A stretch of 46,023 nucleotides of DNA from a virus, in the IMG/VR virus record IMGVR_UViG_3300014493_000001; one strand, written 5' to 3'. The first letter of the stretch is position 1; the number at the start of each line of letters is the position of its first letter. Under the pieces are notes generated by a model. It was not told the origin of the DNA and ran no database searches. It worked only from the letters and a program-made list of their open reading frames with translations. Made by a program: the position numbers and the translations under genes. Of this stretch, positions 25,249 through 34,177 are shown piece by piece.

Positions 25249-25257
25249 ATGACGCCT

Positions 25258-25270
25258 GGCGAATAACCCT
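25258..25270 (+). promoter_or_regulatory. GGCGAATAACCCT box (copy c)
   Basis: Ends 2 nt before GTG 25273. Confidence 0.45.
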
Positions 25271-25272
25271 AC

Positions 25273-26250
25273 GTGACGTGGGGACAACTCAGATTTCAGC
25301 TACAGACCGGCGCGCCGGGCGTCTCGGCCGACCTCCTCGACGAGTTTCTCAACTCGCGCTACGAGCAACTCCTCGAGGCCACCAACTGGCAGGGCCTGCG
25401 GTATCCCGCCACGATCCAGACAACCGCGGCGTACCAGTCGACGACAGACACGGTGAACCTCACGGTGGGCTCGACAGCGGTGACGGGAGTCGGCACTGCA
25501 TGGACCTCGGCGAACACCAACGGCATGAACTTCTACCGGCCCGGGGACACGGTGATCTACACCTTCACCTGGGTGTCGGGAACCAGCGGGACGCTCGACC
25601 GGCCCTATGAGGGCGTCGGCACCGACGCACCCGGGACGCTCTACACCGCGGCTGCCTATGTCTTCATGCAGGACGTCTACCAGCTGCCCTCGGACGTACG
25701 AAGCGTCGAGTACGCCCTGGATCCGATCACGGGCTATGCGCTCGGCAAGATGAGCTCGGCGGAAATGGACGCTTCTTGCGGACAGCGCACCCTGGTGCAG
25801 GACCCGACTACCTGGGCGATCGTCGACGACACCAACGAGTCGAGTCCACCGGTAGCGCACCAGATCCGACTCTTTCCTCCTCCGCTCTACGCCCGCGGGA
25901 TCAAGATCGAGTACATCCACACCGCCAGCGGATTCGACGGCGGCAACACCAGCGCATCGCCCCTGCCGTGGATCTCCCAGAGTTCGCTCCTGGCGGGCTG
26001 CCGTTGCTCGATTGAGACCTACCTCGCCTCGCAGAGCGAAGGGCAGGCATTTGCGGCGCATCTCAATGCAGCCAAGACCTACGCCGCGGAGTGGGCGGTC
26101 GAGATCAACCGGCTGCTCCTGGTGGAGTTCACCCAGAAACGCAAGAAAGTGCCGATGCAGATGGCCTCCAGGTTCACCCGGCATCGCGTGTTCCGCGTCT
26201 GCCGCGGCTTCCGGAATGCGTGGGGACCCGGAGCCGGCGGGCCGAACTAG
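25273..26250 (+). CDS. Structural protein, paralog family member 1
   Basis: 325 aa. It shares an architecture with 26253..26969 and 28277..28966: Y/F-x-LP ... W ... P ... lYP/FPPP ... Y. Confidence 0.6.
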   Translation: MTWGQLRFQLQTGAPGVSADLLDEFLNSRYEQLLEATNWQGLRYPATIQTTAAYQSTTDTVNLTVGSTAVTGVGTAWTSANTNGMNFYRPGDTVIYTFTWVSGTSGTLDRPYEGVGTDAPGTLYTAAAYVFMQDVYQLPSDVRSVEYALDPITGYALGKMSSAEMDASCGQRTLVQDPTTWAIVDDTNESSPPVAHQIRLFPPPLYARGIKIEYIHTASGFDGGNTSASPLPWISQSSLLAGCRCSIETYLASQSEGQAFAAHLNAAKTYAAEWAVEINRLLLVEFTQKRKKVPMQMASRFTRHRVFRVCRGFRNAWGPGAGGPN

Positions 26251-26252
26251 CC

Positions 26253-26969
26253 ATGACGCTCGCGACGATGTACGGCCTGGTGTCGCAACGCCTCAACGAA
26301 GGCGCCAGCGGGCCCGTGTTTTATCCCAAGAGCGAAATGATCGCCGCGCTGAATGAGGCGGAGCGCTTCTTCGTCCTGCTCACGCTGGGCCTGGAAAACA
26401 CCGCGCCATGGACCATCTCAGCCAATACGACGTTCTTTCACATGCTGACGGCTTTCCCCGACTGGATCGCGCCGCTCCGGATCTCGAACCTGGACGGCTC
26501 GCGCGTAAGACCCTCACGGCTGGAGGATCTATGCTCGCTCAACAGCGGGTGGATCGCCTCGCCGCAGATCGGCAACCCGCAGCGCTATTGCGTCATCGGG
26601 GGAGACCTGCTGGCGATCTATGGGCAGCCGACCGTCAATACGACAGTGAACGTCACCTACGCGCAGGCGCCCGTCCCTCTGGTGCAGGACACCGACGTGC
26701 CGCAGTCGCCGGCCGAGTACCATCCGCGCCTGGTCGACTATGGCGTCTATCGCATGCGGCAAGTGGAAGGCGGGCAGGAGTTTCAGAAGGGGCTGCCGTT
26801 CTTCGCCAGCTTCTTCGAAGGCGCCCAGCACTACGCGGCATACGTCCGGGCGCGGAATATCGGATCCAGGTACGACAAAGTGCCGTTTGAGCTAGAGCGT
26901 TTCGATTTATCGCAGCTGCTGAAGCTGCGCAAAGATCTATTGCCGGGCAACAAACCGGCGGAGGTGTGA
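26253..26969 (+). CDS. Structural protein, paralog family member 2
   Basis: 238 aa, with ATG 3 nt after the upstream stop. Confidence 0.6.
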   Translation: MTLATMYGLVSQRLNEGASGPVFYPKSEMIAALNEAERFFVLLTLGLENTAPWTISANTTFFHMLTAFPDWIAPLRISNLDGSRVRPSRLEDLCSLNSGWIASPQIGNPQRYCVIGGDLLAIYGQPTVNTTVNVTYAQAPVPLVQDTDVPQSPAEYHPRLVDYGVYRMRQVEGGQEFQKGLPFFASFFEGAQHYAAYVRARNIGSRYDKVPFELERFDLSQLLKLRKDLLPGNKPAEV

Positions 26970-26972
26970 GTC

Positions 26973-28268
26973 ATGGCTATTTCGACGGTTGCAATCACGC
27001 AGGGCAGCGGCACAAATATCACGGTCGATACGTCGAGCGGCGGCGACATGCAGGTGATCAAGATCGCCGAGTCGGTCCTGGGATCGAACAACCTGGTGCC
27101 GGCGTCGGCGAGTACCGGCCTGCTGGTCAACATCGGCACGTGTACGGCGACTTCCATCCCCATCACCAACGTTACCGCGCAGAATCTCAATGTCGCGGTA
27201 GTCGGGACGGCAACCGTCGCCGGCGCCGTCACAATCAGCAATGCTCCCTCGGTGAACCAGGCTGGCACCTGGAACATCGGCACGGTGGCCACCATCACCA
27301 ACGCGGTGACTGTGACGGGTACGGTGGCCATCTCGGGCACGCCCTCGGTGGTGCAGTCGGGGACGTGGAACGTCGGCACGGTCGCCACCATCACCAACCC
27401 GGTAACGGTCGCGGGCTCGGTCTCGATCACGGGCACGTCGACCATCACGGGCACGGTAACGGACAACCAGGGGACGCCGGCGGCCACGTCTAACGCCTGG
27501 CCGATCAAAGTGACGGACGGCACCAACGTGCTGGCCATGCAGAACGTGAGCTCGGTTTACGCGCTGCCGGTGAAAGTGCTGGCGCAGGTGGGCGGCGGAT
27601 TCTCGCAGGCAGACGGCTCGGCGTTCGCGGCGGGCACCACTCCCACCGACGTGTTCGGCGGAGTGTACAACGACTCCATCGCCTCTCCGGGAAGCGGGCA
27701 GACGGCGGCGGCGAGGATCACGGGATTTCGCGCGCTGCACATCAATCTGCGGCGCAATGACGGCACGGAACTGGGCACGTCGACCAATCCGCTGCAGATT
27801 GCCAGCGCGGCGGGCAGCATTCCGGTGTACTTTACCAGCGTCCTGAACCAGGGGAACGGAAACGACGGCCTTGCCAATGGCCCCTATCCGTGGCTTACGT
27901 GGAACTCGCCCTCCATGACCACACAGAATATCGGGTACAACCCCGGGGCCGCGTCCGCCTGGAAGTCCGGAATCAGCATCTCTGCGATCACCACCGGGAA
28001 CGCGATCCACACCCCGGCCTCCGGGAAAGGCTATTGCATCGAAGGCCTGGTCATCTGCATCCAGGGCAGCGGCACCTATACAGTGACGATCTATGACAAC
28101 ACAAACGCTGCCGCCAACGTCGTCTTCCAGGCGCTCGGCCAGGGTACGTACGTGGTCACTCCCTCTCGCCCGATACCATCCAGTGGGATTAATAACGTCC
28201 TCAAGGCCGACATCACCGGCACAGGCACGGTCACCTGCCTGATTACCGCGTGGGGCTACGACGGGTAG
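26973..28268 (+). CDS. Tail fibre/spike-like protein
   Basis: Thr/Gly/Val/Asn-rich, with a 32-aa (96-nt) tandem repeat GTWN[IV]GTVATITN.VTV.G.V.I.GT at 27264..27455. Confidence 0.7.
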   Translation: MAISTVAITQGSGTNITVDTSSGGDMQVIKIAESVLGSNNLVPASASTGLLVNIGTCTATSIPITNVTAQNLNVAVVGTATVAGAVTISNAPSVNQAGTWNIGTVATITNAVTVTGTVAISGTPSVVQSGTWNVGTVATITNPVTVAGSVSITGTSTITGTVTDNQGTPAATSNAWPIKVTDGTNVLAMQNVSSVYALPVKVLAQVGGGFSQADGSAFAAGTTPTDVFGGVYNDSIASPGSGQTAAARITGFRALHINLRRNDGTELGTSTNPLQIASAAGSIPVYFTSVLNQGNGNDGLANGPYPWLTWNSPSMTTQNIGYNPGAASAWKSGISISAITTGNAIHTPASGKGYCIEGLVICIQGSGTYTVTIYDNTNAAANVVFQALGQGTYVVTPSRPIPSSGINNVLKADITGTGTVTCLITAWGYDG

Positions 28269-28276
28269 AGAGTCCA

Positions 28277-28966
28277 ATGCTTCTCCTGCTTTTCACCGGC
28301 GCGTCTGCGAACTACACGCTCGACGTCTCCAAGTCGCTCGCGGACGTGGCGTACCGGCTGGGGTTCGCAAGCCTGTCGGACTTGATCTCCGATGCCGAGG
28401 CCTACACCAACGTGGCGGAGCTGTACCAGTTCGCCGACGATGGGGCCAAGAAGATTGCGTACGAAAGCGGGGTCTTTCAAAACTACGACACCAGCGTCAG
28501 TGTGACGCCTGGCACGGCGGTCTACGCGCTGCCGGCGACTCACGTCTTCACGGTGCTGGCTGTGCTCATCGACGGGACCACAGGCGCGCCCCAGCTCCTA
28601 CGTCCTACCGCGGTGCGGAATTTGTGGGCGCTCGATGCCAACTGGCCGACGACGACAGGGAGCCCCAATCGTTGTTCGCTCGACGCCGGCGGCGTGGGGA
28701 CGATCACGCTCTATCCGGTCCCGATCGCGGGATCAGGGGGAACGCTCGGCCAGGTCTGCCAGGAGTTCCCGAGCCCGGGGATCAGCCAAGGCTTCACCCT
28801 GGTACCGCTATCCGTGGTTTTGCAGGACTACTTCAGTTACTGCATGCTGGCGGGGGCGAGGGGGAAGGAATCGGAGGCGGCGATGCCGGACATGGCGGCC
28901 CACTTCCAATCGCGGTGCGATCTGTACGGGCAGATCGTTGAGCACTTGTGGGGCGCAGGTCAATAG
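28277..28966 (+). CDS. Structural protein, paralog family member 3
   Basis: 229 aa from ATG 28277. VYALPATH...NLWALDANWP...ITLYPVP. Confidence 0.6.
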   Translation: MLLLLFTGASANYTLDVSKSLADVAYRLGFASLSDLISDAEAYTNVAELYQFADDGAKKIAYESGVFQNYDTSVSVTPGTAVYALPATHVFTVLAVLIDGTTGAPQLLRPTAVRNLWALDANWPTTTGSPNRCSLDAGGVGTITLYPVPIAGSGGTLGQVCQEFPSPGISQGFTLVPLSVVLQDYFSYCMLAGARGKESEAAMPDMAAHFQSRCDLYGQIVEHLWGAGQ

Positions 28967-29781
28967 TCGACCGACCTGGTGGTATCGTCGCCGTTGCCGA
29001 GGCTGGCGACCGCGGAGAGCAGCGCCTGCCTTTTCAGGGTGGGCATGTCGCGCAGCTTGCGGGTCCAGCTGGCCACCTGGCGCTTGAGATCCTGTCTCTT
29101 GCGGAAGTCGTCGCCGAGATACCTATAGTCGTGCAGGACGGTGGGAGGTTCGAAATTGAACCACACCCACTCTGTAGCCATCCCGCCGCGCGTCATGGCT
29201 TCGAAGTGAATGGAGGTCCAGCTCCGGAGCGCTTCGGCGTACATCTCCGACCAATACCCGGAAACCAGGATCCTACAGGGCAGGCCGCCGATGGTCGACA
29301 GCAACTCGGCGTGTTGGGCGTCGCTGAATTCGTGGTTGTAGAGACGGCCAGAGGAACGCGTTTCCATCAGGTAGGGCGGATCGAGGTAGATGAGATCGTC
29401 AGGGCCCAGGGGGTAGGAGGCAAGAAATGTGAGCGCGTCGCCGCGCAGGAAGCGGAAGCGGCGCGGATCCGCAATCGGCGAGACAGCCGAGCGGCGCCGG
29501 CGCGGATCGGCGGATTCTCCGCGAACGGCCAGCGGCGCTTTCACCGTTCCTGCAGGAACGCCGATGTTCCCGGAGAAATCGGCGGATTCGCCTTGGTGCG
29601 ATCGCCATCGCTCGATCACGCCGACGTCCAGGTCTATGCCGATGTTGTAATCCGCCGGCCGCTTCAGCCGCATCACTGCGCCGCCGCCGAGGAAGGCCTC
29701 GATATAGGTCCGGTGGGGCGGCATCAGGTTGATCAAACGATGGTAGACGCCGGGCCCGGACTTTCCTCCTGGGTAGCCCAT
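28960..29781 (-). CDS. DNA N6-adenine methyltransferase (Dam/D12 class)
   Basis: MGYPGGKSG...YIEAFLGGGAV (FxGxG) and IYLDPPYLME (DPPY). It lies antisense within the structural block. The 3' end overlaps the convergent gene by 7 nt. Confidence 0.85.
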   Translation of the reverse strand: MGYPGGKSGPGVYHRLINLMPPHRTYIEAFLGGGAVMRLKRPADYNIGIDLDVGVIERWRSHQGESADFSGNIGVPAGTVKAPLAVRGESADPRRRRSAVSPIADPRRFRFLRGDALTFLASYPLGPDDLIYLDPPYLMETRSSGRLYNHEFSDAQHAELLSTIGGLPCRILVSGYWSEMYAEALRSWTSIHFEAMTRGGMATEWVWFNFEPPTVLHDYRYLGDDFRKRQDLKRQVASWTRKLRDMPTLKRQALLSAVASLGNGDDTTRSVDY

Positions 29782-29787
29782 AGCTCG

Positions 29788-29816
29788 AGCATCGGCGACT
29801 TTGCCGAGAAAGTCAA
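29788..29816 (-). promoter_or_regulatory. Sigma-70-like promoter giving a leaderless Dam transcript
   Basis: On the minus strand: TTGACT (29816..29811), a 17-nt spacer, GATGCT (29793..29788), then 6 nt to ATG 29781. No SD is present. Confidence 0.4.
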
Positions 29817-29919
29817 GGCCGCCGAAAGACCCTTCGCTTCGGGCGGCGTCTCGATCGCGATCGCGTAGGAGATCAATCGCCAAGTGGACGCTGCGCAACA
29901 GCCTCCGGAGACCGCCCCC

Positions 29920-29932
29920 GGCGAATAACCCC
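29920..29932 (+). promoter_or_regulatory. GGCGAATAACCCC box (copy d)
   Basis: Ends 3 nt before GTG 29936, where + strand transcription has to restart after the antisense Dam gene. Confidence 0.5.
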
Positions 29933-29935
29933 GCA

Positions 29936-32900
29936 GTGGGGTACCAGCGAAAAGAAATCCAGATATTGGGCGGCAGCCTGAACCTGCTACCACCGGTCGA
30001 CAAGATCCCGATCACCGACTATCTGCTGGCGCAGAACTGGCGGGTCGATCGCCTTGGCCGGCTGGTGACCAGGTTCGGCTACTCCCTCAAGGGCAATTAC
30101 GCCGGCGCGACGTTTGCGCACTCGGCGGCGATTTACGGGGGCGTCGAGGGCAACTGGTACGTGGCCGCCAACCTGCCCCAGGGCGGGGGTGGGCTCTGGT
30201 TCGCCGGCGGCAACTTCAGTTATATAGCCGGCGGCTACGACGGCAACCGCGTGGGCATGGTGCCGTTCGACGGCGCCATGTATTTCATGAACCAGGGGGC
30301 GCAGGGGAAGCACACGCCGGCGCTCGGCTATCAGCCCTGGACGGTCCTTTCGCCTCCCACCACGGCACTCAAAGCGGCCGCGGGGACGGCGGACGCCAGC
30401 GGACCGAACGGCACCTACCAGTTCTACGTCACCTACGAAACTACCGACGAGAGCCAGGAGACCAATCCGGGACCGGTTTCGGCGCCTGTGGTGTTGAGCG
30501 GCCAGGACGTCATTCTCACAAACATACCGATCAGCACCGCGGCGAATGTCGGCATCCGGAACATCTACGCCACCGGAGGGACGCTGGGGCAGCCCTACCT
30601 CGTCGGCGCGATCAACGACAATACGACGACGTCGGCCGCGTTCAACCTAGCCGACCAGACGGCGACTCCCGGATCCGCCCTGCTGGCGCCGTGGAACGAT
30701 CTTTCGGCTACCGACGAGGGCATCGTCATGCCCATCCAGAACGATCCGCCGCCGCCCGCGGCGGTGATGGTGGGGCCTTACTTTGCGCGGCTGATCGCGT
30801 GTAATACGCTCACCAATCCCAATCGCCTGTGGTGGACTGATCCGGATGAGGTGTACTGGCCGGGCGCATCGGACCCGGCGGTGGGCAACTGGGTCGACGT
30901 GGGCTCCGATGGAGAGGCGATCGTGTGGTGCACCATGCACACCAACGTGCTGGTGATCTACAAAGAGCGATCGATCTGGCGCCTGGTGGGAGATCCGGAC
31001 ACGGGCACGCTCGAGCAGGTGGTGGAAGGCGTCGGCCTGGTGAGCGCGTTTGCGGTGACGTCGGCCGGGCAGCACGATTATTTCGTCGCGCCCAACGGCC
31101 TCTACAAATTCGACCTGGACCGCGCGACCGACATCACCGACCCGATCCGGCCGCTGTTCGACACCACCTACCAGAACGCGGGGCCTCTCACGCGCCTGGG
31201 ATCGATCGCGCCGGGCCCGAACTACTTTTCGAACTCGCTCAACTGCTACGGCGTGGCGCTGGGCTACGCCATGGGTAAGCTGTACGTGGCATTCATGGAG
31301 GAGAGCTCCATCGCGCAAACCCACTGCCCGATGCTGGTCATGCATGAGGCGAGCGGCAAGTGGTTCTACCACCGCACCGCATCGGACGCCGGCGACCTGG
31401 TGGGGTTCAAAGGTTTCGTGTTCGATGGCGTCAACATGGTGGGCCTGACCGGCGACGGCAACTCGTTCTTTCTGTTTTCGCTCGACGACTTCCAGGGGCA
31501 CTATACCCAGGATTCCATCAATGCCGCGATCGAGTGCGTGTGGCAGTCGCACTTCGAAGACGTGGGCGCGCCCGACAATCAGAAAAACTGGCTCGAGGTG
31601 GTGATCGACTGGGAGCCCGCCGGCGACAACGCCACGGTGTGGGTGGCCTACGACGGCGGCACGCGGGCGCTCACGAGCATAGGGCAGCTGCCCGCGGGCA
31701 CGTCTCGGGCGCAGGTCTCATTCCCGCTCGGGCAGGACGGTGTGCTGGCCAAGAATATTTCGGTGGCGATCGATTGCCAGTCCAACTTCGGCATCGTCCT
31801 CCACAACGTTTATCTGTATTACTACGAGGAAGCGCGCCTGGCGATGTCGGCGAGCACCATTCCGGTCGACCTGGGCAGTCCCAAGGTGAAACAGTGCAAG
31901 GAGCTGCAGCTCGACATCGACGCCTCGCGCGGACCGGTGTCCGTCAATCTCTATTCCGACCTGCCCAGCAACCAGCTGGCGGTACAGCACAGCCTCACGG
32001 TGGCGCAAGGCTACGGCCGTTCGCCCATCAATTTCCCGTTTTCCGTGACGGAGGGCTATCTGTGGCGCATCGCGCTCACCGGGCTGAACAGTAATCCCTT
32101 CCGTCTCTATGCCGCGCGCCTGCTGATGCGGCAGATGGGCACTTACGTTCAGGCCTACGAGGCGGCCAACGGCTTCGTGTGGGACTCGATGGAGCACAGC
32201 TTCGAGAGTGCTATTACCAAGATCCCGCGCAGCTTCGCGGTGGCTCTTTCGGCGGTGCCGATCAAACGCTTCCGGACGCTCTCCATCGAAATCGAGACCT
32301 TCGGAGGCAACGTTACCTACGCCTTCTTGACGGATCTTCCAGGGAACGCGCAGGCCTCGCGCCAAACAGGCACGATCAACACGGCGGGGGCCGGCCGGCG
32401 ATACGTGCACATCCCTCTGCCGCAGGGAACCAACACGGCGATCGAGGGGCGGCTGTGCCGTCTGCAGCTGGGCGGAGCTTCGAAGTTCATCCTGTACTCG
32501 GCCGCGGTGGAGCTGCTGCCGATCGGTCTCTACATCGAAGCCTACGAGGCGGCCGGCGGGGCGATGTACGACTCACGAGCGCAGGACGGCGGGACGCCGG
32601 CGGTGAAGGAATGCCGCGAGCTCGAGTTAGACATCGAGACCACCGGCAGCGTGACCGTGCAACTGCTGAGCGATATCTCGGCCACTCAAACATTCGGCAG
32701 CGTGAGCACCACCGGGCGGCAGAAGGTCATGCTGCCTCTGACCGTCAACGCGGCCACGGAGCAATTTGTCGAAGGCCGGCTGCTGCAGCTGCTCATCTCC
32801 GGAACGAACGCCTTCCGGCTGTACGGCGCGCGCGTCAAAGCGCGGGCATTCGGTCAATACCTGCAGGCCTCGGAGACCGCGGGCGGAGCGCTGTGGGACA

Positions 32901-34177
32901 CCACCGATATCGACCTGGGCACGCCCAAGGTCAAACAGTTCCGCGAGCTCGACCTCGACATCTGGGCATACGCGGCCTACACAGTCACCGTCTATTGCGA
33001 CCTGCCGAACCGGCTGGGCGGCACAGTCGGGATGACCTCGCAGGCCACCTTCAGCCAGGGCGCGACTACCGGGCGGACGCGGGTGCGTATCCCCATGGCA
33101 CAGGGCTCGGTACCGGACAACTATCTCTTCGGGCGCCTGGTGCGGGTGACAATCACGAGCTCCGGAGCGTTTAAGTTGTTCAGCGCGCGGATCGACTTCC
33201 GTCCGATCGGGGTGTACATCGAGAGCTACGAAGCCACGGCCAGCCCGGCGGCGGTGTGGGACTCGACGCCGGCGGACCTCGGTAGCCCGGCCGAGAAAAC
33301 CTTCGACCAGGTGCGCTTCGAGATGGACAGCGACGGCAGTTCCCAGGTGACCGTCTACACGGACCTGCCTGGCGAGGTTTTCAGCTCAAAAGGAACCTAC
33401 TCCCTCACGACGGGCCCCACCTCGCGGCACTGGGCGACCGTGCCGCTACTTGGGCCGCCGCTACTCGGGCCGTTTTCCGACCCGGAGGGCCGATCGATCC
33501 GCCTGGTGGCCACGGGCGGCGCCGGGTTCCGCATCTACAAAGCGCAGGTCAGGCACTTCAAGGTGGGGCGATACCTGGCGGCCACCTCGCCGGCCGGCAG
33601 CGACTCCTTCAATACGCTCGACTTCGACTTTCAATCCGAGCGGCCGAAGATGTACAAGCGGATCGAGGTCGACCTGCGCGCCGACCAGCCCGTGAGTCTG
33701 ACGGTTTACACCAGCCAGGGCGGGGGCACGGTGAACTGGGTTTACCAGGCGTCGGTGGCATCGAGCGGACGCCAGGCGCAGACTATCATCCTGCCTCCGG
33801 GGGTGCGCGGGCGCCTGTTCCGGATCGTCATCACAGGCGGTCCGGCGCGCGTCTACCACCTGCGGGTGTGGACGCGGCCGCTCAACGAGCCTAACGCGCA
33901 GTGGAGTTGGGAAGAGTATCCGCTCGAGCAGAGCGACGTGCTGCCGGCCTGGGCCGACCTGGCGGTGGATGCCACGCCGCCGGCGTTCACGATGGCCGAG
34001 ATGCCGGTAGCTGCCACGCCTCCGGATTGGCAGTGGGCGCCGTTTCCGGTGAACCCCACGCCGCCGAGCGCGATCAACGATCCGGCGCAGTGGATCTGGG
34101 GCAAGTTTTTATCGGTGGAGGAGACTCCGGACCTGTGGCAATGGATCGACGTGCCCTTCGAGGTCCAGGGTAAATGA
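29936..34177 (+). CDS. Giant virion structural protein (~1,413 aa): N-terminal beta-propeller-like region plus seven tandem repeats
   Basis: The ORF is open from 29801, but the first 45 codons are Arg-rich and overlap the Dam promoter. GTG 29936 follows box d. Confidence 0.75.
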   Translation: MGYQRKEIQILGGSLNLLPPVDKIPITDYLLAQNWRVDRLGRLVTRFGYSLKGNYAGATFAHSAAIYGGVEGNWYVAANLPQGGGGLWFAGGNFSYIAGGYDGNRVGMVPFDGAMYFMNQGAQGKHTPALGYQPWTVLSPPTTALKAAAGTADASGPNGTYQFYVTYETTDESQETNPGPVSAPVVLSGQDVILTNIPISTAANVGIRNIYATGGTLGQPYLVGAINDNTTTSAAFNLADQTATPGSALLAPWNDLSATDEGIVMPIQNDPPPPAAVMVGPYFARLIACNTLTNPNRLWWTDPDEVYWPGASDPAVGNWVDVGSDGEAIVWCTMHTNVLVIYKERSIWRLVGDPDTGTLEQVVEGVGLVSAFAVTSAGQHDYFVAPNGLYKFDLDRATDITDPIRPLFDTTYQNAGPLTRLGSIAPGPNYFSNSLNCYGVALGYAMGKLYVAFMEESSIAQTHCPMLVMHEASGKWFYHRTASDAGDLVGFKGFVFDGVNMVGLTGDGNSFFLFSLDDFQGHYTQDSINAAIECVWQSHFEDVGAPDNQKNWLEVVIDWEPAGDNATVWVAYDGGTRALTSIGQLPAGTSRAQVSFPLGQDGVLAKNISVAIDCQSNFGIVLHNVYLYYYEEARLAMSASTIPVDLGSPKVKQCKELQLDIDASRGPVSVNLYSDLPSNQLAVQHSLTVAQGYGRSPINFPFSVTEGYLWRIALTGLNSNPFRLYAARLLMRQMGTYVQAYEAANGFVWDSMEHSFESAITKIPRSFAVALSAVPIKRFRTLSIEIETFGGNVTYAFLTDLPGNAQASRQTGTINTAGAGRRYVHIPLPQGTNTAIEGRLCRLQLGGASKFILYSAAVELLPIGLYIEAYEAAGGAMYDSRAQDGGTPAVKECRELELDIETTGSVTVQLLSDISATQTFGSVSTTGRQKVMLPLTVNAATEQFVEGRLLQLLISGTNAFRLYGARVKARAFGQYLQASETAGGALWDTTDIDLGTPKVKQFRELDLDIWAYAAYTVTVYCDLPNRLGGTVGMTSQATFSQGATTGRTRVRIPMAQGSVPDNYLFGRLVRVTITSSGAFKLFSARIDFRPIGVYIESYEATASPAAVWDSTPADLGSPAEKTFDQVRFEMDSDGSSQVTVYTDLPGEVFSSKGTYSLTTGPTSRHWATVPLLGPPLLGPFSDPEGRSIRLVATGGAGFRIYKAQVRHFKVGRYLAATSPAGSDSFNTLDFDFQSERPKMYKRIEVDLRADQPVSLTVYTSQGGGTVNWVYQASVASSGRQAQTIILPPGVRGRLFRIVITGGPARVYHLRVWTRPLNEPNAQWSWEEYPLEQSDVLPAWADLAVDATPPAFTMAEMPVAATPPDWQWAPFPVNPTPPSAINDPAQWIWGKFLSVEETPDLWQWIDVPFEVQGK
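31532..33893 (+). repeat. Seven tandem protein-level repeats of ~105-127 aa inside the giant gene
   Basis: Recurring pattern: YEA..G..WDS...DLG.PK.K...EL.LDI....V.V.LYSDLP......GR.....PL....EGRL.RL.L.G...FRLY.AR. Unit starts are near 31532, 31815, 32146, 32528, 32856, 33212 and 33570. Confidence 0.8.

Noticed and set aside
28238-28254. GATTACCGCGTGGGG as a seventh, degenerate copy of the late box upstream of 28277.
   Set aside because: It lacks the GGCGAA part and lies inside the coding end of the fibre gene. The similarity is too weak to count.
23877-28268. Diversity-generating retroelement acting on the repeated fibre domains.
   Set aside because: There is no reverse transcriptase gene and no near-identical template/variable DNA pair. 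Differences between the repeats are not adenine-specific.
33443-33472. 15-nt tandem duplication (LLGPPLLGP) in the giant gene.
   Set aside because: It is a minor local slippage event within one repeat unit and has no independent significance.
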